Source: Balanoglossus misakiensis (taxonomy: Eukaryota; Animalia; Hemichordata). From it: a stretch of DNA of 64,000 nt. Under the pieces are notes generated by a model. It was not told the DNA's origin. It worked only from the letters and a program-made list of their open reading frames with translations, and did no database searches. Below, piece by piece: positions 23,280 to 38,200 of the stretch; the first letter of the stretch is position 1, and the number at the start of each line of letters is the position of its first letter. The stretch lies in the NCBI GenBank assembly GCA_040954595.2, contig CM082586.2:4657125-4721124 (forward strand), read 5' to 3'. The position numbers were made by a program, and so were the translations under genes.

Positions 23280-26200
23280 ATGCCACGTCAAAAACAGACC
23301 AAACCGAAGCGTCTCGAAGGTAAGCATTTTCGCACAATTTTTTGCATTTGAGAGTCAGAACAGATTTGCGAACACGCCCGCCTTGTCCAAGTCTGCCAGT
23401 GTGTGCCAGTTTTGAAGGTAAAACGCCTTGTGTGTTCGTAAAAATATCCGGAAAACATGAGGAATTTCGGGGGAACACCTCATCGTATGTCGTTGGGGTT
23501 CCCTCATTACATATTCACAGTTTTGTATGTAACAGATTCAATGAAGATGAGCTCGTTGTATTGGTCTCCATGGAGAATTTCGGCAACTATGTTGTGTTTT
23601 GATGCTACAGGTTCCATAACTTAGGTATTATGATAAGAGTTGTGTACATTTGTGGTCGTAATTTAGGAAATCACCGAAGGAAATTCGTTGGCGGAATCGG
23701 GAAAGCCTTTTTATAAAAAGCCATGTGGAACATTCCACACAACAGCGGGCGGCAAAGGGTGGCGAGCGAGGGACGTAGTTGTGGTTTTTGCAGTGTTGTA
23801 CCGTGTACACAACTGTACTTTTATGTTTATACTTAATATATTTCGTAACTAGGCGTCTTTTACAAATCATACTTTCACTGCGTCGATAAAATTTAATTTG
23901 CAATAAGTTATTAATTTTGTTTGAGAGTCGACAACCTGCCGACCCCGCGTTTGTGAATTACCAATGACGTCGGCGGGTTTTGTTGATTTCAGTACAACGC
24001 CTTGTTATGTTGAGCTGGTGTGTACGTTGCACATCAGGCCGCGGCCGGTTTGTTGAAGTTTTGCAAATAAGAAAAGAAGAACCTGTTTTATTATGAGAGA
24101 CCATGATGATTTTATGATTAATGATTTCAACCAGTGACGGCCCTGGAGAGTTTTCGCTTATCGAGTGCCCTGAGAGAATTTCACTAGCCGATGTGATATG
24201 CCCGTTATATGCTGATGTGTCTGTACGTACTGACTCACGAGCAATGTCAATGTGGGTGTCGTAAATGTGGTTTCCACACCCCTTTGTCGCCGAATTTGCT
24301 CTAGACCATACCTTTGCAGAATATAGCAATGAGAATCAATATTTATCAATAAAAATCCCACATTTCTCGTTTTGTACAGGCTGGTATGGTGAGCTAAAGT
24401 TTTGCATAATTAGGCATGTAAATATCATAAGTTGTCAATCAGATTTCAATGTCACCGCCCATACACTGCCATTGAGGGAATCCCACATTCGACATAACAT
24501 GACTGCATGTCTGTACTACAAAAAATTGTTGGCATACCAACAAATGGAATAACTGAAGGCCTTTTTCTGTCCTTAATTACCCACCATTACACTGGTAATT
24601 ACAGAAGTATGCTTTAGACAAAGCTATCCAGCAAAAGAAATTATTTCATTTGTTTATAATATGCTTCATCTTACTTTGTTTTCACTTTTTGTGCTGTAGA
24701 ATTGTATGATGGAAATTAATCGTAACAGAGAAATTCTCCAACTGATAATTTATTATTTTGAACATGTGGTTCTAGTTCGGAATATTGCTGTATGGGAAAT
24801 GACGACATATTGTGTCATAGACATGGAAGTATTAATGTATTATATTTTGTCAATATATAGGAAGAATTTGTTCAAATAAATTCTGGCTGCACTATTTTTG
24901 CATGTTGAACGCTTTATAAATTGTATATTTGAAATGTGTAATGTATAAAAATTAATATAAACTGGCATAGAATTAGAAGCAATAAAGTTTGAGTGAATGA
25001 TGATTATTTTTAGTACGCTACATTGTCCACGTACGGGTAAGGTGTTGAGGGACAGTTTTATTCTATGTCAGGGGTTGTATTAGCAGGTAAAGGATGAGTT
25101 AGACTGAAATCATAAATTTCATGTCGCGTTGCACGATACTAAGACATCATGTTGGCTTCATGGGTTGAAATAGAAATGACGAAAACAATAATCCATGGAA
25201 AGAACTTGCCATTTGTGTGGAGGGGAGGTATACAGGAAAACAAAATATTTATAGCAAAGTGGAGAGTGTATTCTCAGTGACAACAGACGTCACAGTTTCT
25301 CTATTTATAGAATAATGATCTGCTGTCCGCTGGAAATGTACATATACAGGTCATTGAGCAAGACTCCTGTTTTGTGCAAAATAATATTTTGAATCGAAAG
25401 AAAATATTTCCTCATTTCACACCACGGTATTTCAATGTGTGTTGAGTTCTGGTAATATTCTGTCAATCTCATTAAAATGAGAGTCACTACTGTTGGAAGA
25501 TTGCTTTCAGTCAGATGTGATAATTAATTGTCAAGTAGGTCGGTATTTATTGAGTGATCTATTTCATACAGGAAGATCCTGTTTCTCAAACGCCATATTG
25601 AAAATTGCCGTATTGTTGAACAATAGTTATTCAGTGCGCTATGATCGGTGACAGTGACTCATCAAAGGATGTCATTTCTGTTGTATGCAAATGAGTGGCA
25701 TTATGCAAATGAGTATGCTAATCATCAGACCGCACAGGCCTTGATCGGTTGTTTCAGATAGTGACATTTGCTTTCCTGTGTTATCGTAATGAATCATTGA
25801 TAGCCGTTAGAAACATGAAACTGTAATGTAAGGGATATACACCTGCATGTGAAGTTTGCTTTACATTTACCTTTGTACTTTTAAAATAATGATGAGATAA
25901 TTTTCCTTAATGAGTTTCATATTGCCAAATTTAATACGACAGTTGATATCACTGCCGATCAAATGTGAGCCCTTGTGTGCATAAAAAAAATGACCATCGG
26001 TTGATATCCCCATCTTAATCATACCTGCAAATGTGTGCAGTGTATACATTCTTTCTGAAATTATTTGCAATCATAACAATCAATTCTATACCATGGTATG
26101 ATACTTTACATGTACCAGTAGGTTTGTGTCAAATTTCAAATGTATGTGTCTTGTAATGAAAACTAACATAAAAGAAAAATAATACGTCCATTCATATTTT

Positions 26201-29200
26201 ATCAATGGAAATATATGCCCGGGAGATCTGAAGCACCTGTAATTGTATCTGTCCATTTCCGACATCACGGAATCAATTGAAAGAATGTGTATATAAGGAG
26301 CAACTTACTCAAATTGAGTCAGGTGATGATGATAACATGTACTTGATACTCGTACTTGCCCTGTGTTGCCTCGTTGGTGGCAAGGTTTTGATTGAAAATC
26401 AGAATTTGTTAGATGGTTAGATGATTGATTGATTTATTGATTGGGAATTCTTACAAGCTTGTGCAGATTGCATTCTTTTTCAGACTTGCAATTGTATTTA
26501 GAGAGATACTGTTTGTGTTGGTTACAATGTCGTTTAGACATTGTTGATTGGTTGCTGGTTGATGATATCAACATTAGGGTGTTAGTGTGTTGGTAATTTG
26601 TCACTTGTTTGGTGGTCAGACTATCTATAGTAGCCATAGAGTATATCAGTTCTGTGAGCCTTTGTGGTTTACTTTCATGAATATTCATAACATGAACTGT
26701 CAACATTGGAATTTGGTTTCGTTTTGTGCAATTACCTCAGTTTATTATGTTCTAAAATTACTTTCGCTTTAACATAAAACCGAATGCAAGTACCTATTAT
26801 ATCATATTATTAGTAATTAAATTTGTAGTTTCAGTGTCAGCAAAAAATGCAGGTTTTGAGTTGGAATTATCGGTGTAAAAGTATACAGCGATAGTCACTT
26901 TGGTTGTCTGTTTTGATATTTGTTTTGCGAAGTAATTATTGAAGTATATGTCTACTGTCTGTGTGATCAGTCAATCATAGATCATTGTAAGCAATCTCAA
27001 AACTTAAGCATTTTACCAGAAGAACTTTAGAAGGGATGAAACTAGTCATATGTACAACAAACTCAGTAACGTTTGATGAAATTCTCATGCGAAAAGATTT
27101 AAAGATATGCTGCTTGATTTGAATTTAAGTCTCATAGAGATGGATTGAGTCACCAAGCATGTAGCCAACAATGGCTTCTTTCAGTCAGGGCTTCCTCACT
27201 CAGTAGAAAGGTCAGCAGGGATTCCAGAGAGTTTTTGAAGTTTTGAGGTCAAAGGTCAGCTGGCTGGAGCCTAGCAACCCTGGCAACTTGCCAAGTTTGT
27301 ACACACAGCGTTGTATGTTAATCTCAGAAAATTACGACTGTGAGAAGGGGGGTACGTCCCGTCCCATATATAAATTGGGACAGCTGTGATCTTGCGTGAC
27401 CCAGAAGGAGAGAGACGGAGCCTTCGACATAAAATGTCGCTGTACCCCCCTGTATTTACAAATCTACACTTCCCCCTGGTAGGGCTTTCCCGCATTACCA
27501 AATATGGTGGCTGAATGCCAGTCCTGTGAATGCTCAGCTCCTTTCAGCCATGCCGTGGTTGTCACATGGCGTGTACCTGTGGGTTAGGATATGGTGTGAT
27601 GTGAGATCATAGTTCTGGTCAGGCCATGTCATGCTGTGATGATCTGCCTCTGTGAATGATAAGAGTTCATATCACTATCACCATTCCTAGGAATATAATA
27701 TCGTGGATTCAAGTGATTGATTATGTACAGGTTGCCCCCCATTCTGTACACCCTTGGAAAGAATTGATATTGTGTGTCACTAATAGTATTAGTAAAACCA
27801 GGACATTTGCCAGATGCATGTACTTATAATGCATCTGCTCTTGCATGTCAAGCTAGTCTGTGTGTTGTCCCCCTCCATCACCAAGCATGACCTTGCTTAA
27901 CCTACACTACAGCCACTGGGTTTCAGGTCAAGCTCGTCTACAGCCCCAATCTCTGAGGTCACCCAATTGGCCAAAGTCAAAAGACATGTCCCCATACTGT
28001 ATGCGAGCAATAAGACATGTTCTACATGTAACTGCACCACAGGTTTGGCAAAAAAGGTGGACCCTGATCTCACTAAACCAGCAATCTGGCCCGCTGACAA
28101 GAAATGCCTTGAAAGTTGGTTGACCCTTGCGTGCGTATGTACACATTGTGAAATGTTGAATTCTTTATTTATGAGTCATAGAGGGTGTTTCCTATATACA
28201 GTGTCCATGTATACCATTCATGTCGTGACCTGACACATTTAGATGAGTAGCCCCCATAGCCCATGCAAAGAGCACATTATGTATGTGGGTTTGTTATAAC
28301 AGTCAAACAATTAAAAGATGGACAACCATGTAATTTACAATATATTGTAAATCAACTTAGTACCGGTACATGTATATTTACAATGCATGGTTCATGTTGG
28401 ACACAGTAAATTTTAACAGGAAATGGCAAGTCTGAACTTTTGTCTGTTTCTCTCTTTATTGTAGATAAGCGAGAAGAAGCTAAAGGTCTCCTTAATTCTA
28501 AGGATGGCAAAGCAGGTGTGTGGATCTTCATTTTGAAATAAAGTGTACATCATTATGAAATGCTGTACAATGTACATTGTACATGTATTTGTTCCAACTT
28601 TCATGCATGGTTTTACTTAAAATGCAATTGATGTGCTCAGGTTGTCAATTTTCTTACAACATAAACATTTGTAAAACCAGTTCTTTTATAATTAATGTCT
28701 TTGTGTTCTTTTGTTTCTGTCAGGCAACAGTTCAAAGGACACTGGCGAAGCAGGATCTGATGGACCTACCCCGGCTAAAAAGCCGAGGATAGAACCTGTA
28801 AGAGCTAAACAGAAAGGGAGGAAGAAGGAACTAGCAACGTCTGGGAGATCAAAAGGGCGGCGTTCACAGAAGAATCTGAAAGCAGCCTTGAGGAGTCAAC
28901 CGAAGAAGATTGCTCCGAGTGAAAACGACGACGGGCAGGTCAGACATAGGACTCGCAGGTCTGCGGAGAGCGAGGTTTTGACACTGGGATTGGAGAGTAG
29001 TACTCACATGGACAAGTATGATCGTATCAAATCGCGATCTGCGAAGCTTCAAGAAGGCAAGGAGAACACGGACAAGAAGAAGCAGGAAAGTCTTTCTCCG
29101 GGTACGGAAAGAGAGAAGGCTGTGTGTGAACCGGAGCCAGGCGCCGGGTCAGATGTGGAAATGCCGATTTTACATCCGGTCACTTTACAAGAAGCTGTGC

Positions 29201-32200
29201 CGGACAAAGGAAAGGATCCGCGGGAAAGCGAGAACAAGCGGGAAGCGGAGGGCGAATCGAACCCCGAAGAGGACGTCTCGAGAAAAAATGCGCTGGAAGC
29301 ATTGCTGCAGATTACGCACAGCGAGTTGCACACCTTGTCAGCCAAGGAACACGAGCAGCAGATGTATTGCCAACATGCCAGAGACTCTGAGCAGTCGCAG
29401 CTGCTGCAGCAACAGATTGCGCAGCAACAGGAGGCGGTATTGCGGCACCAGCAGCAGCAGCAGCAGCAACAACAGCAGCAGCTAGCCAGGGATGATGCTG
29501 CAGCTAATGACGAGAGAGGCGCTGTCTCCGGCAGCTACAACAGATCCGCTGTGAAAGTTTCGGACAGCGACAAGGGCATTGTGAAGTACCAATTGAAATC
29601 AGACAGTCTTGAGGAGCAGGGACTGAAGTTAGTGTACACTGCACAGACAGGGGATCAAATCGAGCATAATCCTGTCAGCTATGGCGCTTACAGACCGAGG
29701 AAGTCGAGCAAGCCGTTAGACCCCATGAGGGAGGTCGTGAAAAAAGACAGTAAACCACCCAAGAAACCTGGCAGACATATCTGCCAGTTCTGTGGTAGGG
29801 GGTGTGCCAAGCCCAGTGTACTGAAAAAGCACATCCGATCTCACACAAATGAAAGACCCTATCCGTGTAACATTTGTGGGTTTGCGTTCAAGACCAAAAG
29901 TAACCTCTACAAGCACAAGAAATCGCACGCCCACGCCATCAAGGCGGGACTGGCTCCAAATTTGGACGAAGCCACCAAAATCATTGACTATGCGGATCAA
30001 GACAACCTCGATGACTCTGAGACGGATAGCGACGATGACGACAGCGGCACCGGTGGAAGTCCCGAGAGCAGCTTCTCCAGCCATCATGTGCCGAGACAAT
30101 GCGAGGGTGACGTGGACGATCAGACGTACCCTGAGAGAACGTGCGCGCCGATGACGCAGCAGTTTCTTCACGGACACCCCATGCAGGTACATCCCCACAT
30201 GCAAGGGGGCGCCATGCCAGTCTATCTCATGCCGCTGCAGGCGGTGTACTCGGGCGACGCGAGGTTGATGTACAACACTGTAGCTGGCCACGCCATGATG
30301 GGGCAGACGCTGGTGGAAAATCGGGCCGCGCAGGACAATCAAGTTGAGCCGGAAAAGGGAAGGCCGCTGCCTCCGGGCTTCTACGTTGAGCCAGCGTTTG
30401 AATCAAATGACAAATACCAGGACAGCAGAGTCAAACCCGAGGAAAGCCCGCCCGTGGTAAATGAGCAGAAGAAGGAAACGTGTGATGAAGCAGAGCAGAG
30501 TGTAGCCCAGGAAGAGGAGGTGGCCACCTCGAACAGTAAACCGGAGGAAAGTGAACAATCTGAGGCTCAGTCGGGCAAAGAAAACAGAAACTCTTTCCCG
30601 CCAGACAACGTGGCTGGATTTCAGATCGACATGCAGACGGGCAAAGCTGTGCCAGTGACGCACAATCTGACGCCGCAGTCCACAGCGCCCCCAGCGGGCA
30701 AAGTCAGCACGTCCGGGGATCCCGGTGCTGCCACCGAGGGCGCCGCACCGCAGACCCCCAAGAGTCTGGACAGGCAAAGCCTGACGGAGAGGATTAAGCA
30801 GCTGATCTCGCAGAACCAGGCCATCGTGGACAACCCGATTCTGGAGAGCGTGAAGCCCCGGCGGATGGCCGGCTCCAGGAGAGAAAGTGTGGACAACATC
30901 ATCATCACCACAGAAAGGGGAGACGGTACAGTCTCCGTGACGACGAGCAAAGAACAAAGCAAAGTGGGTGACTCTGTCGACCACAGAGCGGGCAACGATG
31001 CTCCGACGCAAGCAAAGGAGGTCAAGCCTAAGAAAGAGAGAAAGCGAAGGAAAGACAAATCGAAAGTTGTGGAGAACCCCGATACGAACCCAGAGTTGCC
31101 AGTTACAGTGCCACTTGATTCAAGATTAGCAGCTGAAATGCAGAGGGATGTCTCTGAGGCTATGATGCCAGGAAAGAAGGACGTCATCAGGAGTATCCTG
31201 ATGCAGGGACGGGAAGAACAACCACCCCACCTTTGTAGTGTTTCAGTGCCACAGACTACAGGGGTAAACATTGCCAGTCCTACACAGTACTTACATGTAG
31301 GCGAGAAAATGAAACTCTATCGGGAGATTCCTCCACCGAGTGCCTTTGACATGAAGAGTGTCCGTCATGGCGCTAAAGCTCCAGGTATGCCATTACTTGG
31401 GCCGCACATGATTCCCCACACCGGAGCAGAATTCCACTTGCAAGAAGTTCCGCCGGTTAAAAGGCAAGGCACCCGGAAACCAAGGAGAAGGAAAGAGAAA
31501 AAGGAGACCGGAACGAATGTTCCAAGCAGCGAGAGTTCGTGCCAGTCGGATCATTTCCAGGAGGCCCACAAAGAGATGTTGGCAAAGGTGAAACAAATAG
31601 CAGGACAGCACATTGCCGCCAAAACTCTAGCTCAGGAAATCTCCGTGATACAGCACACAAATGCAGTGCCGAACATTCAGGGCCAAGCCGATACCAACAA
31701 AAGAGGTGAACTCCAGGATTCTACAGGCATGAATCATGAGATAGCTCGACAGCCGTTAACTTTTCCAACTACTTCAAGCGGTCCTTACTTACAGCCATCG
31801 GAGGGGTCGGTTGAGGAGAATTCGTCCATATTGAAACTTTACGAAATGGCAGGGACGACGATTGAAAAAGCAGAGCCTGCTACCCAAAAGAAACCACTAG
31901 ATTTGAAACATTCTCCTACTTTAGAGAAGTCTGACGAACAATCATCAGTACAAGGAAACGTTCTTGTAGATGAAACTGTGCCTTCTAAATTCCAAGTGAT
32001 CAACCCAATCAAGGATGAGGAGAAAATGGGACAAGGGCGCATTATAGATTACTCACAACTGCCTCCATTAGACATTTCAAAACTTGCCTCTCCAAAGTAC
32101 AGAAGTTATGAACCACCTACAGAAGCCAATGTCATTTCTAAGCCTCAGCCTGTTGTTGACGGTGTAAGCCAGGCACCTGCTCAGTTACACCATAAAGTGA

Positions 32201-35200
32201 CTGACTACTCCAGGATAGCCCCACTGTCAGAGGACATTGTCTTTCCCACAAACAAGAAGGCAAAGAAACACAGAACAAGTTCGCTGACTTTGGAGATTCT
32301 AAGCACCCCTGTTTCAGAATCTGCAAAGGTGGACAGTTTGAAAGCCGTGGCCGTCAAAGCAAAGAGGATCTCAACAGATGTTTCCAGCACCGCTGTCGTG
32401 ACGCCAACAGCCATGACGGTGTTATCATCACCACCGATGTCCTTTCAGTTTGACGGGAAACCACCGCCAAATGCTGTCACTCCGGTCACGCCTCGAGCAA
32501 CAACGTTGCCGTCATTTGCAGTTCAGGCAGTCACGGTGTCTCCGGCTCAGACCCGGGGAACGCCACTCTCCCCTGCTGCCGGACATCCAGTATCCATCCC
32601 GCCAACTACCCTCTACGAAGTGTCCATTCCTTCAACCCCTGTAACGCCTGTCCCTGTCTTGTCCCCAGCTGTGTCTCTCCCAATCAACATATCCACAGTG
32701 TTATCGAAGCCTGTCTCTTCTCTTCCTGAGAGCCCTGCTCCGTCTCACCAGAGCAGACCTGTGGTCCTGTCGCCTTTATTGCCGAGGCAGTTATCAAGCG
32801 GTCAGATCATTGCCACTGTATCTCCCACAACCGCGACATCTGGGCAGGTCTTCAGTCTTGGACATGCGCCTGTGAAGACATCACCAGACGCAGCAGGAGG
32901 GCCAATTCCACCTAAACTTCTGATCTTCCGACCTGGCGAGCCGATTGCTGTGACGGCGCAGAGAATAACGACTCCAGTGACCCCAGGAACACCGGTCGGT
33001 ACAATTCTGTATGCCCATGTGCCGTATGGAAATACTCCAGCAACTCTGCAAGCGCTTACTCACGTGACTTTCTGCTGCCTGCAGCGACCTCAACCGATGT
33101 ACGTCGAGCAGGGAGCCAATCACGCCATCTCGATGTACTCCAATTGGAGGGTTGGGAATCAGAACACAAATCCCCTCGGCATGCCGACAAAAGTGCTGCT
33201 GTCGCTGTACAACTCCATGAGAAGGAAGAAGACGGGCTGCTTCTATGTAAGTGCCGCCATCACTCCACGCGGATCAGGCAATCTGACACATTCAAGCCTG
33301 TGGAACTATACCTACAGCACCAAAACTGAAGAGGCCGACGCTAATACGGAAACGGAATCAGTGAAGTCACCAACGACCTCTGAGGGGAACAGCGAGGTCA
33401 AAGCCGTCCCACAGCCCGAGCACCCTCAGGAGAATATGATGCAGGAGCTGATAGAAAGGAAAATCAAGGAACGGAAAATGAAAGAACTGCTGGAGAAAAG
33501 TGAGCCCAGTCGTATCCCCATCTTCGAAGGTGGATACAAGTCCAACGAGGACTATGTTTACGTGAGGGGGCGGGGACGTGGCAAGTACGTGTGCGAAGAA
33601 TGTGGCATTCGGTGCAAAAAGCCGAGTATGCTGAAGAAACACATCCGAACCCACACAGATCTCCGTCCGTACCACTGTAAATTCTGCAACTTTTCCTTCA
33701 AGACCAAAGGAAACCTGACAAAGCACATGAAGTCGAAATCACACAACAAGAAGTGTCTGGAAAACGGCATTCCCATTGACGGCGACCCGGATCATTCCTT
33801 TGACAGCTCTACGTCCAGGATGGACGGTCTGGATGACGACCACCAGTTCTCTGACGATGACGACGATGAGGAAGGAACGGACTCTGCTGATTCGGAATCC
33901 GAGGGAGAACACGACGACGATTATTCGGAGCAGCCGATGGAGATCGACTCGTCGTCATCGGATTCTACGTCCGCAAGACTCAAGCTGGATCACCAGCCAG
34001 CGTTTGTTGCCATGGCAATGCCGGGCGAATCGGCACCGGATATCAAGGAGCTGGCTGCACCTCACATGTCACTGTCATGTGCGCCGTCGTCCACCACCAC
34101 TACCATAGTGTCCGGACACAACTTTGGACAGGTGCAAATCAACCAAATGCCAGAGACCCTGTTAGATAGCACAGCCAATGCGGATGGATCTTCCCCCACT
34201 GGAGAAACGCCCAAGAAGGCGGGACGGCTCGGCGGTCTGATCGATGCCTTGAAGACCAGAACAAAGTCGCAGTTTGATCCTGTGACTGGCCAGGGCAAAG
34301 ATGATGACGCTGGTCAGGAGAGCGAGGCAAGCACTAGTGACGTTGCTGCCAAAAAGCCGGAACCGTCTCCGGAGAACCCAGCTCAGCCAACCGAGCGGAA
34401 ACTCACGAAATCTGAAGTCGTCGGGAAACTCTCGCAGCACCTGAGTAACAAACACCAGCTCAACCTCCAGAAGCAAATGGCAGACAGACAGATGATTCAG
34501 CAGTTGCTGCAACATCAGCAACAGCCGGACAGCCCGTCAACAGATGGCAGGTGGAACGCACAGCGATTAAATCCTGGGTACTCATCAGCGGTGGTGTTGA
34601 CTCCACACCAAGGAAGCCTAAATTCTGCAAACCCGAGACCCATCTTAGACAAGTACGGACACATCACTCCACCTTTGCCGTATCTGTCAAACATGTACGC
34701 GTACCGCGTCTCCACGAGGGTCAGCGACACGACTCTCGGCCAGCAGCTGGTCCAGTCCAAGCCGTCCGCCGCGTTGGAAGTGAAGAGCGACGGTACACCG
34801 ACAGAGAGCCAGAAACCAACCAGCCCAAGTGTGGTGAGAGCACAACTTGCGATGCCTGCCGTCTCGCTCAGCAGCGTCATGTTGACAACCCTTGTACCCA
34901 GCAGCACCACTCAGGCATCCCAGCCAGTCACCGATCAGACTAGAGTGTCTCAACCCCAGGTTTCAGTACCCATCCCTGTACAACAAGCTGCCACCACTGT
35001 ATCTACTGTCTCGGCTGTTTTCACACCACCTGTTAGCACGGAACCAAAACCTGTTGTATCGAATGTACCTCCGAGACGAGCATCTACCCCAGTGACACCC
35101 CCTGTTTCCTCTGCAGACATAGCAACAGATTTAAGCTCTAAACCAGTCAGCAGCACAGCATCATCCTCTTCCACACCTTCATCAGCTGCACAGACAGCGT

Positions 35201-38200
35201 TATTTTCACTCTCGCCAAGCAATCTCTCAACCACATTCATCCAAGGACCCAAAGTTATAGTACAGCCAGTGAACACAAACTCAGTTGCAGTGCAGTCTCT
35301 AGGCATCGGCTCGACAACAGTGGCATCCAGCACACTACCTCAAATTCCGTTAACCTTCACTGGGGGTAACATGGCCATGTCATCTGCTCCTTCAAGGCCG
35401 GTGAGCAAGGAAGAGACTAATCGACTGTATTTTCCACCAGGAGCTCATCGAGCAGGCACTTCTGCAGGCTTTGCTGTTCCAAGTCCTACTCTGGTCATGC
35501 AAGATTTTCCTCGATCTCACAGCGCCTCTGAGGAACCAAAGAAGGGTACTGTCGGGATTCCGAAGTCGAGCAACAGAAAAGGTAACACGAGGAAGGATGA
35601 AGCTGCCAAATCGCCTGATGTGAATATGCTAGGGCCTGCAGGAAAAGAATTGTACGACATGGCCAAAGTGAACGTTAAGAAAGAAAAGAAAGGTGCAGAG
35701 TCAGTCTATACCTATGAACAACCACAGCAGTCAGGGACTGTACATGGAAAGAAGAAGCGACCAACGTCGTTGTTGCCTGCTACTTCGACTGGCTTTGCCG
35801 TCCTGCAGCCTGCTGCTCCATCTACGAGTGTCAACACAACCCTACAGCAGGAGAGTCCACCGGGTACCAAAGCGAAAGTCCCACCGCCGGACACTGAACC
35901 GATCTCCGACGATGAGGAGACCACTACGCAGCAGGAGAGCAACTTGCAGTCATCCGGAAGAGGTGACGCCAGAGAAGAGGTTGTTTTGTCACAGAGCAAG
36001 CTACACAACCTGCCCATCCCGTATCACTTGTTAGGAGGAGCAGTGTCGTTGTCATTACCGCATCAGATGACACCGATCATGAGTACATCACCCATTCTTT
36101 CTGCGAGGGTATCTCAACAACCCCAGAACTTTGACCCCAAATCCAGTACTCTTCACAGCGACCAAAGACCAATAATGTCCATATCAGCTTCGTCACCGCA
36201 AGCGCAGTTTGCACACAGTGCTGCGAGCTATACACCCTACATGAAGGGAACAACATCGTTTCCCACACATCAGCAGGCGGTTGTGGAGACAGTATCCCTG
36301 TCTCAGACACAGATGTCAACAGGAGCGGCTGCACTTCCGTACCATCAGCATATCTTGAGAGCCACTGTGGCCCAGCAGAATTCACCAGGCCGACAAAAGA
36401 AACAGTTGCACCAGCCTGCTTCCTGCGAACCACAGCAGCATTCTATCATCGGAGCAGCACTGAGCCAACAGCAGACATCCCCTCCTGCGCAACATTCTAC
36501 AGGGCCAACGATTCTGCATCAGAACCAGTCCCAGCTCCGATCTGAACTGTCTCCGCTGCAGTCACCAAAGTCCAAAAAAGCATCAGAGCACGGTCTCTCT
36601 GACCAAAGCACAGCAGTGAGCCAATCGATGTCGGGAAGTCAGCAAAAATCACCCGAAAAGCCTCTGTCATTTAGTTTCCAGCAGCATTCTGCAAAATCAT
36701 CATCTGTGCCACAGTATGCATCTCCAGGACTTGTATATTCGGCTCCCAGGATGACAACGTCCATACAGCAGTCTGCACTATCACAACAGCAACTGTTAAA
36801 TAGGACAGCAACATCCACCGTTGAGCAAACGCCGTCGCAGCAGCATCATCCCATCATAGCAGCAGCACTGTCGCAGCCCCAGACATCTGCGCACACAACG
36901 TTGTCTTTTCAACCGATGTCACCAAACAAGGTTGGGACGCAGTCGCAGTCCATCATTGCTGCCACCCTCTCTCAGTCTCTGTCTCAGCAACCACAAACGA
37001 TCGGGGCCCACGTGCACAGGCCTGCCAGTGGACACCCCGCCATGATGGCTTCGTATCAGTTGGCCGCCGCTCTTGGTGTGACCTCCGTGCATCAGTCGGT
37101 GGGACAGACAAGCCAGTCGCAGTACAGTCTGCCAGTCAGCCAGCCCACGTCCACTGGGGTCCACGCAGCCTCCAGCCAGACGGTCATTCAGATGCAGATG
37201 GGGTCGGTCATGCTACCGCCAGAAGTCCGCATGACTCAGTCGCTGCAGCTGTCCAAGTCGCCCGGCTCCAGCGCGATCAAGCAGCTGCTGCTCTCCAGGC
37301 CCCCACCGCGTCAGCTCAGCCCCGAAGAAGCCCTGCCGGGCCGGATGCCCAGCACAACCCACCCGTCGACCGCGACGGACGCAGTGAATACAGTCTCGCA
37401 GCCTCTGGCCGTCACGTGTGGGCTCGGCATCCCCCGGATGGTGACAGTGGACAACGCATCTGCCAGCTTGCCGTTGTCGGGCGTCGCCGCACACGTGCTT
37501 CTGGACAAGTCGTCGCCCAAGCCCAGTGCACACGAGACTGCCGAGGATCTGTCCAAAGATCATCCGCCCGCTGCCCAGGGGATGCTGAAATGCACTGTGT
37601 GCTACCGAGACTTCCTGAAGCCCAGCCAGCTGCGTATTCACATGAGGATTCACGCAGATGATAGACCATTCACGTGCAAGGAGTGCTCGATATCATTCAG
37701 GACGAAGGGGCACCTGCAGAAGCACGAACGTTCACAGTCGCATCTATCCAAGGTGGAAGGTGTGGAACTGCCCACAGCGGACAGTCACGACCCTCGGCCG
37801 TTCAAGTGCAAAGAATGCCAGGTGGCGTTCCGGATACCGGGCCACCTGGCCAAACACCTGAGATCAAAGCTGCACTTCAACGCGCTGGACAGACAAGGCA
37901 AGGCGCCCCTGCACCTCCACGACAAGATGGACGACGACGCGTCGGAGAAGAGCCCCGCGTCCGATTCCGAACTGCTCGTGCTGAGCCCCAGCGGGGAGTC
38001 GTCGGACCGGTCCATGAAAACGCCGGATCTGGAAATACCGGATAGCTGCGAACCGCGGAACGAAAGCCGGGAGAATGCACGGGGGACCGTCTGCGGAGGG
38101 AGCAGCAACGAAGAGATGAACAAATCCGAGACGAGAGACGGCGGGGGGAAAGAGAACCAGGCGGGCAACATCCGGGAGGTGAATTCTCCGAGTGAGGTCA

